Source: an uncultured bacterium
GTDB taxonomy: Bacteria > CAIWAD01
Length of the DNA: 64,000 bases
NCBI GenBank assembly: GCA_903910645.1
Contig: CAIWAD010000040.1
Location: 14,768 to 78,767, forward strand
Direction: 5' to 3'
The position numbers were made by a program, and so were the translations under genes. Below, piece after piece: positions 28,055 through 35,682 of this stretch. The notes under the pieces were generated by a model. The model had not been told where the DNA came from, searched no databases, and saw only the letters and a list, made by a program, of their open reading frames with translations. Each line of letters begins with the position of its first letter. Position 1 is the first letter of the stretch.

Positions 28055-28789
28055 TCAGATGCGGCCCAACAGGGCGCGCAGTTTGAGTTTCCACACCATC
28101 CATATGGCCTCGCGCACAATGGCCTTGCTCATCTTGCTGTGGCCCTGCAGACGGTCCACGAAGATGATGGGCACTTCCTCGATGCGCAGGCCCTTCCGCC
28201 ACACCATGAAATTCACCTCGATCTGGAAGCTGTAACCGCCGCTGTGGATGCGGCCCAGATCCAGTTTCTCCAGCGTGGTGCGGCGGAAGCACTTGAAGCC
28301 GCTGGTTGCGTCCCGCACAGGCATGCCGGTGATCCAGCGCGTGTACAGGCTGGCGCCGTAGGAAAGCAGAAGGCGGGACAAGGGCCAGTTGACCACGTTG
28401 ATGCCCGTCTTGTAGCGGCTGCCAATGACCAAATCACAGTGCTCGATGGCTTTAAGAAAATCCTTGAGCACGGCAGGGTCGTGGGAGAAATCCGCGTCCA
28501 TTTCGCACACGGCGTCATAGCCGCTCTCCACGGCCCAGCGGAATCCCGCCACATAGGCCGTGCCCAGTCCCAGCTTGCCGGGGCGATGCATCACATGCAC
28601 GCGGGGATTGGCGGCGGCCAGGCTGTCGGCGATGCGGCCGGTGCCATCGGGGCTGCCGTCGTCCACCACCAAGAGATCCAATCGGGGATCCTGGAGCAGC
28701 ACCTGGACGGCGATGGCCTCCAGGTTTTCCGCCTCATTGTAGGTGGGAACCACCACCAGCACCCGCTCGGGTCTCATGGGCACATCCAT
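28055..28789 (-). CDS. Polyprenol-phosphate mannosyltransferase-like GT2 (Dpm1/Ppm1 family)
   Basis: [19 protein letters not shown]...[10 protein letters not shown]...[10 protein letters not shown]...; start ambiguous among ATGs at 28777, 28789 and 28828. Confidence 0.8.
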   Translation of the reverse strand: MDVPMRPERVLVVVPTYNEAENLEAIAVQVLLQDPRLDLLVVDDGSPDGTGRIADSLAAANPRVHVMHRPGKLGLGTAYVAGFRWAVESGYDAVCEMDADFSHDPAVLKDFLKAIEHCDLVIGSRYKTGINVVNWPLSRLLLSYGASLYTRWITGMPVRDATSGFKCFRRTTLEKLDLGRIHSGGYSFQIEVNFMVWRKGLRIEEVPIIFVDRLQGHSKMSKAIVREAIWMVWKLKLRALLGRI

Positions 28790-28812
28790 TTCTTCACGAC
28801 CGGCAATGCCGA

Positions 28813-29748
28813 TCAGTTGTTCGACCATATTTCCGGCTGGTCGGCCAGCCAGCATTTCAGCGCGTCTTGAATGTCGGGAAAGCGAAGGTTCAGGGCCGCC
28901 TCCGTCTCCTGCAGCATCAGCCCCCCTTGCAGAGGACGCGGCGCGGCTTGTCCCAGCTCGGCGGTGGTGACGGGACGCACCAGAGATTCCTCCGCTCCCG
29001 CCAGGCGGGCCAGCATTTGCGCCATGGCGTAGCGGCTCATGTGTCCCCGCGAAGCCGCGTGGAAGAGCCCGGTGCGGCGCATGAAGAGGGCTTGCCGCAT
29101 GGCATTGGCCAAATCCAGCGCCCAGCAACAGGAGCCCAGCTGATCCGTCACCACTCGGATGGGGCGTCCTGCCCGCAATTCACCCAGAGCCCATTCGAAG
29201 AAGTCCGGCTTCACCCGCAGGGCCTTGCCGAAGAGCACGATGGTGCGGAAAATGGCGTGGGGGATCTCACCGCCCCGTACTTCATTCTCCGCCGCCAGCT
29301 TGCTTTGGGCATAAACACCCCGCGCCTGGGGAGGATCCTCGGGATGATAAGGCCCCTGCAGGCCATTGAAGACATAATCCGTGGAGACATGGCCAAGCCA
29401 CACACCATGGGGACGGCAGCAGGCCACCAGGCTGCGCGTCAGCTCCACATTGGCCCGCCAGCATTCCTCCCGGCGGGTCTCGGCGCCGTCCACATCCGTG
29501 AAGGCGGCGGCGTTGATCACGGCGTGGGGGCGGAAGTTCCGCATGTGGGACACCAGCTCACGGCGGGACACGCCACCCAATGGAGCATAATGAAAGCCCG
29601 CATGGGCCACGAAGCTGCGCTCCTCCAGCCCCAGGCCCAGCACCTCCGCATCAGGCAGCAGGACCCGCAGGAGATGTTGGCCCAGTCGGCCATGGCAGCC
29701 GGTAAGCAGAATGCGGGGACGATCTTCCCCGGTGGTGGCGGCATCCAT
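28813..29748 (-). CDS. rfbD: dTDP-4-dehydrorhamnose reductase
   Basis: ILLTGCHGRLGQ...HVSTDYVFNG...YAQSKLAAE RmlD motifs; the ATG at 29746-29748 overlaps the purE stop. Confidence 0.85.
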   Translation of the reverse strand: MDAATTGEDRPRILLTGCHGRLGQHLLRVLLPDAEVLGLGLEERSFVAHAGFHYAPLGGVSRRELVSHMRNFRPHAVINAAAFTDVDGAETRREECWRANVELTRSLVACCRPHGVWLGHVSTDYVFNGLQGPYHPEDPPQARGVYAQSKLAAENEVRGGEIPHAIFRTIVLFGKALRVKPDFFEWALGELRAGRPIRVVTDQLGSCCWALDLANAMRQALFMRRTGLFHAASRGHMSRYAMAQMLARLAGAEESLVRPVTTAELGQAAPRPLQGGLMLQETEAALNLRFPDIQDALKCWLADQPEIWSNN

Positions 29749-30212
29749 CAAGGCAGACGGGCCCCCGCCTCCATGAAGGCGTCCAGCTTCCTGGCCATAT
29801 CGGCGTCGCCCACGGACAAGATGCGTGCCGCAAGCACCGCGGCATTGATGGCGCCGGCCTTGCCCACGGCCAGGGTGGCCACGGGAATGCCGGCGGGCAT
29901 CTGCACGGTGGCCAACAGGGCGTCCAGCCCACCCAGGGGCGAAGCGTCCAGGGGCACGCCAATCACCGGCAGGGTGCTGTGGGCCGCCACGGCCCCCGCC
30001 AGATGGGCAGCCATGCCCGCGCCACACACAAGCACCGCCACACCCTGGGAACGGGCCTCGCGCGCCAGACGCGCGGTCTGCTCCGGATTGCGGTGGGCGC
30101 TGGAGATCCTCATCTCCGCCTGAATGCCGAAATGGGCGTACCAGGGGAGCGAAGCCTCAAAGACCGTGCGATCACTTTCGGAACCCATCAGGATCAGAAC
30201 ACGGGCGCTCAT
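29748..30212 (-). CDS. purE: N5-carboxyaminoimidazole ribonucleotide mutase
   Basis: VLILMGSESDRTVFEAS...SAHRNPEQT...GAGMAAHLAG; GGAGGAGGA RBS. Confidence 0.9.
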   Translation of the reverse strand: MSARVLILMGSESDRTVFEASLPWYAHFGIQAEMRISSAHRNPEQTARLAREARSQGVAVLVCGAGMAAHLAGAVAAHSTLPVIGVPLDASPLGGLDALLATVQMPAGIPVATLAVGKAGAINAAVLAARILSVGDADMARKLDAFMEAGARLP

Positions 30213-31267
30213 TCCTCCTCCTCCGGTTGCAGGGGGCCAATGGAACTGCCTTCGGCGTTGGTGCCCGCGAAGGTGGACACCAACAGGACCAGTTCGTGCA
30301 GGCTGGGAGACAAGGGGCCCTCGGTGCGGGCCACCGCCGCGTCAATATAAAAGGTGCGTCCTTGGCTGAGGCCCCGCGCGCCGGGAACATGCACCGCGTG
30401 GAAGAGAAAGGATGCGCCGGGCAGGGAGGGCGATTCCCACAGGCCGGCCAGCCGGGTGGCGGCCAGGCCATTCAGGCGCAGGGTGTCCAGTTCAAGCGGT
30501 TGGGGAAGGCTGATGTCCGTGTCCAGGTAGGCCTGCCCAAGGGCCTGGCGCTGGGCCAGCAAGTGGGACGCTTCGCCGGCAAGGCTGTCCAGGCCATCCA
30601 CCCAGTGCACGGTGATCCAGCGGTCGGGACGCAGAGCCCTGAAGCGGATGAAGGCGGGGGATTCCGCCCCCTGGATGATGAACCAGTCCTGGGGAATGGC
30701 CAGGCGGAAGCCGCAGGCAAGGGCCAGACTGTCTTCCAGGGATTGTTGCAGGGCGCTTGAGCGCAGGCCGCTTCGCGCCTTTTCTTCTTCGTGATCCACA
30801 AAGGCCTGTCGCAGATCCTGGGCCGCGGCCAGGAACTGGCGGCGGAAGCTGGCCGCGCCGGGTGCCGCGGCAATCACCAGGAGCTGGCCGCTGGCGAAGG
30901 CCTGGGGCTTGCGCAGCCAGAAACTCTCCTCCTTGCGCACGCGATCGCGCAGGGCGGGGTCCATCAACCTTTCCGCAAGCGCGGCCACAGGTCCCCCGGC
31001 CACGCCATCGTGCAGGATAAGCAGGTTGCGCGCGGACAGGGACAGGTCAGGGGTGGTGGCATTGCCCCAGCGCCAGGAGATGCGGCGCTCGGGCCGTGGG
31101 CAAATCCAGCTTTCCGCCAGCCACTGGTCCAGCAGTGGGGCCAGCTCCGCATGGCGTGAGCTGTCCGCCAGCACGGTGATTTCCCAGGCATCCCCCGTGG
31201 CCTGGGGACGGGCGCAGCCCAGCAGCCAGGCCACCACCAGCAAGGCGGCAAGGAGGCGGCCCATCAT
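30209..31267 (-). CDS. Hypothetical lipoprotein (possibly a DUF4837-like family)
   Basis: Lipoprotein signal MMGRLLAALLVVAWLLGC; ATGA overlaps at both ends; the family assignment is only a recollection. Confidence 0.5.
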   Translation of the reverse strand: MMGRLLAALLVVAWLLGCARPQATGDAWEITVLADSSRHAELAPLLDQWLAESWICPRPERRISWRWGNATTPDLSLSARNLLILHDGVAGGPVAALAERLMDPALRDRVRKEESFWLRKPQAFASGQLLVIAAAPGAASFRRQFLAAAQDLRQAFVDHEEEKARSGLRSSALQQSLEDSLALACGFRLAIPQDWFIIQGAESPAFIRFRALRPDRWITVHWVDGLDSLAGEASHLLAQRQALGQAYLDTDISLPQPLELDTLRLNGLAATRLAGLWESPSLPGASFLFHAVHVPGARGLSQGRTFYIDAAVARTEGPLSPSLHELVLLVSTFAGTNAEGSSIGPLQPEEEE

Positions 31268-33618
31268 GGCTCCGTCGTGACATTCCCGGAGGTGGCATCC
31301 GGTGCCCCGGCAAGGGGAAGAACCAGACCCAGCTCCCGCGCCGCCTGGTTGAAGAGAGGTCCTGTCATGCCAGCCTGGGCGGCCTGCTGCGCGAGCTCCC
31401 GCGCCGCGTCCGGACCCATGATCCGCATGCGGAAGCTCAGCCATTGGGCCAGGCGGCCATCCATGCCCGCCGGGGCGCTGGGCCATTGCACGGACTGGGA
31501 ATGCAGGCGATCCGCCTCCTGCAGGAGGGGCGTGGCCTCGGCGCCCCTGCCGGAGGCCGCCAGGGTGGAGGCGCTGCGTTCAAACACATCCGCCAGCAAT
31601 TGCAGCGCAGCGGCCTGTCCATAGGCCCGGTGGCCGCCCTGACGCATGTCGGCCTCCGCCTCCTGCACCAGGGAAGTGGCCTGGTTGCGTGCGCCTTCCA
31701 GGTCCCCCTGCTCCAGCAACCGGCGTATGCCCACCAGGACCAGATCCGCCGTGCCCGTCGTGGAGGCCATTTCCTCCTTCAGGCGCTGGATGCCGGAATC
31801 CAGAGCGGCGGGATCCTTCTTGCGGAAAATGAAAACGGCGTCGTGGTCGTAGTAGCGCAGGCTGAATTCCGCCGTGTGGTCGTCCACGGGAAAACCCAGC
31901 ACGGCGGGAAGCTCCTGGAAAACCGTGTCCACGGTGAAGCCCAGGCGTTCGGCGAAAAGCTCCTCGTAGAAGCGGCGCTCCGCCGGATATCGGCTGCAGC
32001 GGTCATAGCCCAGTTTGCGATTGGCTTCCAGGATGGCTGCCCATTCCACCTGGCGCAGGCGCTCGCCCAGGAAATCCAGCTTCTCCGCCTCCGTGGAACC
32101 CGTGGCGCGATAGACGGTGGGAATCTCCATGCACACATTGCGGTAGCGGGGCATGTGAAGGACCGGCTTGATGGAATTGGCGCTGCGCTCGTGCAGCAGG
32201 GCCACGCCTTGGGGCAGGTGGGCCGCCAGCCAGCGCCCGGCGGCGATGCGGCTGTCCTCTTTCCCGTGCACGCTGGCCAGTGCGGCGGTCCACGCCAGGG
32301 ATGGCAGGGCCACGGCCGCCACCAAGAGCCAGACCAGCACCCGGGCGGCGGAATTCCTGCGCGCCATTTCCACCAAATCCCAAAGCAGGACGGCGGCCAT
32401 GATGGCCAACAGGGGAAGGAAGGGCAGGGCGTAACGCATGAACAGCACCTTGGCGCCGCCCGTGAGGAGCAGGCCGGGCAGGAACCAGACCAGCAGCATC
32501 CAATCGGCGGGACGGCGCTTCCAGGCCAGCCAGGGCAGCGCCACAAGGCCTGCCATCAGCAGGAAGGGCCCGGCGGCCCACCACAGCACATTCCCCACCA
32601 GGAAAGGGAAGGGCGAGATGTCCTGGAACTGGATCTGGAAGGGGTAATAGAATTCACCGCGCACATTCTTCAGGATGTGCACCAGCCCAAAGGCGTGGTC
32701 GGCGAAGAGATAGGTACGCCAATCCAGGATGGCGTAGGGATTCATCAGGAAGAACACCGCCACCACGCCCGCCCCCGCAGCCCACAACCTGATAGTGAAC
32801 AGACGGCGCAGCAGGCTGGTGGCCCTGGCTGCGGCACCGCCAGGCAGGGGATCGCGCAGCAGCTCGGCCGCCACCAATGGAAGCGCCACCAGGGCGGCGT
32901 TGATCTTGGTGGACACGGCCAGACCCGCCGCCAGCGTGGCCAGCACCAGATCCAGATCCACATTCAGCGGTCCCACTTTCCGCAAGGCCGTCTGCCGCGG
33001 GCGCGCCAGCAGCCGGGCGCTGTGGAAGAAGCTCCACAGAATGAAGAAGACCATGGGCATGTCCACGGTGCCGAAACGGCCGCTTTGGGCGTGAAAGGCC
33101 GCCCCGGCCAGCAGCAGGGCCGCCAGGCGCGCCACGCCGCGTCCGTAGAGAACATGGGCCGCGCCGTAAAGCAGGGGAATGCAGGCAAGGCCCAACAAGG
33201 CGGTCAGCCAGCGCACGGCCAGCCAGGTGTTGCGGAAACTGCGCGGGTCCTGCTCGTCGAAGGGCGTGAAACTCCCCAGGGCGGCGGCCACATTCACCAC
33301 CGCGCTGTGCAGATAGATGGTGGTGGCGCCATAAAGGCTGTAATCCACCTTCTCACCATAGAGCTCGCCGGTGGGCCGCCAGCTGTCGGATTCGGTGAAG
33401 AGGCGGGCGGCGCGGATATTGGAGGCCTCATCCGGGTGGAAGGCGTAGAAGTGGCCCTCGCCACGGGCACCGGGCAGGGCTGGATCGAAATCCGTCCAGC
33501 CCCAGTCCAGGCCGTTGAAGCGCCAAATGGCCGCCAGCGCCATGATGAGCACCAGAATCAGATCCAGTCCCAGGGTCCGGCGGCCCAGGCGAAGCTCAAC
33601 AACACCCTGATTCAGCAT
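31264..33618 (-). CDS. Integral-membrane GT-C glycosyltransferase (ArnT / PMT / GT39-GT83-like) with a C-terminal TPR domain
   Basis: About 10 predicted TM helices in the N-terminal ~450 aa with an ArnT/PMT-like DE-loop region; C-terminal ~250 aa of TPR-like repeats; ATG 33616-33618. Confidence 0.7.
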   Translation of the reverse strand: MLNQGVVELRLGRRTLGLDLILVLIMALAAIWRFNGLDWGWTDFDPALPGARGEGHFYAFHPDEASNIRAARLFTESDSWRPTGELYGEKVDYSLYGATTIYLHSAVVNVAAALGSFTPFDEQDPRSFRNTWLAVRWLTALLGLACIPLLYGAAHVLYGRGVARLAALLLAGAAFHAQSGRFGTVDMPMVFFILWSFFHSARLLARPRQTALRKVGPLNVDLDLVLATLAAGLAVSTKINAALVALPLVAAELLRDPLPGGAAARATSLLRRLFTIRLWAAGAGVVAVFFLMNPYAILDWRTYLFADHAFGLVHILKNVRGEFYYPFQIQFQDISPFPFLVGNVLWWAAGPFLLMAGLVALPWLAWKRRPADWMLLVWFLPGLLLTGGAKVLFMRYALPFLPLLAIMAAVLLWDLVEMARRNSAARVLVWLLVAAVALPSLAWTAALASVHGKEDSRIAAGRWLAAHLPQGVALLHERSANSIKPVLHMPRYRNVCMEIPTVYRATGSTEAEKLDFLGERLRQVEWAAILEANRKLGYDRCSRYPAERRFYEELFAERLGFTVDTVFQELPAVLGFPVDDHTAEFSLRYYDHDAVFIFRKKDPAALDSGIQRLKEEMASTTGTADLVLVGIRRLLEQGDLEGARNQATSLVQEAEADMRQGGHRAYGQAAALQLLADVFERSASTLAASGRGAEATPLLQEADRLHSQSVQWPSAPAGMDGRLAQWLSFRMRIMGPDAARELAQQAAQAGMTGPLFNQAARELGLVLPLAGAPDATSGNVTTEP

Positions 33619-33647
33619 CTCTCTCCCCGATCACCTGACACACTCTC

Positions 33648-33790
33648 CGCAGCTCTCGTCTTCGAGCTTCGAATATCCTTCACAGCGCAAACGGTTCGCG
33701 GATTCCCGCTCTGCCAGCCCTGAACAAGCCGGGATCTCTCTTCAGCACAGAGTCCCGCTTTCGCGGGTATGACGGGTCAGCGTCCCGGAC
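33648..33790 (+). repeat. Dispersed structured intergenic repeat, copy A (core GTCCCGCTTTCGCGGGTATGACGGG)
   Basis: Aligned by eye against copy B over ~130 bp. Confidence 0.65.
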
Positions 33791-33827
33791 AAACCCGCAG
33801 CCCAGCGCCTTCCAAAGAGGGGAAGCC

Positions 33828-34571
33828 TTAGCCCTTCCGCCCGGGGCCGTACGCTCCCCGCAGGCGCCGTCCGGCAATATGCAGCAGGCCTTTCAGGCTG
33901 CCTGCGGTATCCCGCAGCAAGCGTACGCGCGTGTCCTCATCGTTGGTCCAGATCACGGGGATTTCTGTGATGGAGTAGTCCAGGTGCCGGGCCAGAAAGA
34001 GGATTTCCGCGTCGAAACTCCAATTGGTCAAAGTCTGGCGGCTGAAGATTTCCCGAGCCGCATCCCGGCGAAACAGCTTGAAGCCGCAGGTGAAGTCTGT
34101 CACTTGCACGCCGGCCAGGGACTGGGCCAACAAGGTGAAGCCCTTGCCCATGCTCTCGCGCAACCAGGGCTGATGGCGGGCAATCACCGCCTGGCGGTTC
34201 TTGCGCGTGCCAATCATCACCGGATGACCGGCGTCCATGGAGGGCAGGAAATGTTCCAGCATGGACATGGGCGTGCTCTCGTCGGCGTCGCAGAACAGAA
34301 TGAACTCGCCCTGGGCCTCCAACATGCCCCGACGCACGGCGCCGCCCTTTCCAAGGTTCCTCTCGTTCACCAGCCCGGTGAAGAGATGGGCATCCCTGGC
34401 CGCCTCCCGGGCGGCCTCCAGCGTGCCGTCGCTGGAGCCGTCGTCCACCACCAGCACCTCATGGGCAGGCACCAGCCTGCGCAACACATCCACACTGCGA
34501 CGCAGGCTGGGGGCAATGCGCCTCTCCTCGTTCCACGCCGGGATCACCACGCTCAGGCGCAGCTCAGCCAT
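33828..34571 (-). CDS. GT2 polyprenyl-phosphate sugar transferase (ArnC/GtrB/DPM-like)
   Basis: LSVVIPAWNEERRI...VVDDGSSDGT...FCDADEST... the classical lipid-phosphate glycosyltransferase pattern. Confidence 0.8.
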   Translation of the reverse strand: MAELRLSVVIPAWNEERRIAPSLRRSVDVLRRLVPAHEVLVVDDGSSDGTLEAAREAARDAHLFTGLVNERNLGKGGAVRRGMLEAQGEFILFCDADESTPMSMLEHFLPSMDAGHPVMIGTRKNRQAVIARHQPWLRESMGKGFTLLAQSLAGVQVTDFTCGFKLFRRDAAREIFSRQTLTNWSFDAEILFLARHLDYSITEIPVIWTNDEDTRVRLLRDTAGSLKGLLHIAGRRLRGAYGPGRKG

Positions 34572-35682
34572 GCACTCTCTCCACTCTCTTGGTGATAAGG
34601 GGGGGAAGCCAGTTCACATCCTTCACCGTGTGCCGGCCTCTCAAGCGAGCGGCCAGGGCGATGCTGCCCGGATAATGCAGGGCCTGCAGCTCCGCCTCCG
34701 GTACCTTGCGCAGGGCCTGGATGCCACGCCGCGCCCGCAGATCCTCCGGCAGTCGTCGCACAAATCCCGCCACCCCGCGCAGCGCCGCCCAGGCATGGGA
34801 AGGGCGCCCATCCGCCAAATAGGAAAGCAGGGCCGCGCCGTCCAGGAACAAGCGCAGGGGCAGGCGGCGCCACAGCGTGCCGCTGCCGGCATTGCGCAAC
34901 AGCATGCGCAGACTGTTGCGGTGGTTCAAATAGACTTTCAACGGGGACTCCGCCCCCAGACTGTAGCCGCTGTGATGACGCACCTGGCTGTCGGGAACGC
35001 TTGCAATGCTCCATCCCGCCAGGCGCAACCGCCAGTCCAGATCAATCTCCTCCATGTGCATGAAGAAGCTCTCCTCCAGCAGGCCCACCTGGCGCAAGGC
35101 TTCCGTGCGCAGGATGCAGGCGGTGCCGGAGGCCCAGGCCAGCAGGCGCGCCTCCCGCCAGTTGCCACCATCCTCCTCCACCATGCCCAGAATGCGGCCC
35201 AGGGCGAAGGGAAAGGCGTAGACGTCCAACAGGCCGCCCGCCGCGCCGCTGTAGTCCAGTCTGCCGGGAAAGGGGATGCTGAGCAGGCGGGGCTGGGCGG
35301 CCCCCAGACCGGGATGGGCATCCATTTGCGCCACCAGTGCTTCCAGCCAGCCTTCGTCCTGTTCCGTGTCGTTGTTGAGCAGCACGGCATAGGCGCAATG
35401 CGGGTCGTCTAGAGCCGCCTGCAGGCCCACATTGCAGCCTCCGGCAAAGCCCAGGTTCCGCGTCTGGGCCAGGATTTCCACAAAGGGAAAGTCCCGACGC
35501 ACCATGGACAGGCTGGCGTCGGGACTGGCGTTGTCCACCAGGAGCACGCGGCACAGGTGGTGGCTGCCATGCAGGCTGCGCAGGCATGCCGCCAGGATGC
35601 CCTCACCCCCCGCATGGGGAATGATGACCGACACCCGGCGGGCCAGCGCCACCCCTGGGAGCTTCGTCTCCGCCGCCTCCAT
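34564..35682 (-). CDS. Glycosyltransferase family 2 (rhamnosyl/galactosyltransferase-like)
   Basis: SVIIPHAGGEGILAACL...LLVDNASPD...; the ATG at 35680-35682 overlaps the upstream stop. Confidence 0.75.
   Translation of the reverse strand: MEAAETKLPGVALARRVSVIIPHAGGEGILAACLRSLHGSHHLCRVLLVDNASPDASLSMVRRDFPFVEILAQTRNLGFAGGCNVGLQAALDDPHCAYAVLLNNDTEQDEGWLEALVAQMDAHPGLGAAQPRLLSIPFPGRLDYSGAAGGLLDVYAFPFALGRILGMVEEDGGNWREARLLAWASGTACILRTEALRQVGLLEESFFMHMEEIDLDWRLRLAGWSIASVPDSQVRHHSGYSLGAESPLKVYLNHRNSLRMLLRNAGSGTLWRRLPLRLFLDGAALLSYLADGRPSHAWAALRGVAGFVRRLPEDLRARRGIQALRKVPEAELQALHYPGSIALAARLRGRHTVKDVNWLPPLITKRVERVHG

Noticed and set aside
31444-33723. 759-aa plus-strand ORF antisense to the GT-C/TPR glycosyltransferase. 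Similar long antisense ORFs occur at 36297-38609 (770 aa), 11076-12758, 16171-17640, 21683-23068, 23414-24910, 28867-30123, 53036-54640, 55133-56830 and 60828-61976
   Set aside because: All are antisense to genes with clear homology or membrane topology, and all have Gly/Ala/Gln/His-rich repetitive translations with no start context. They are high-GC frame artefacts.
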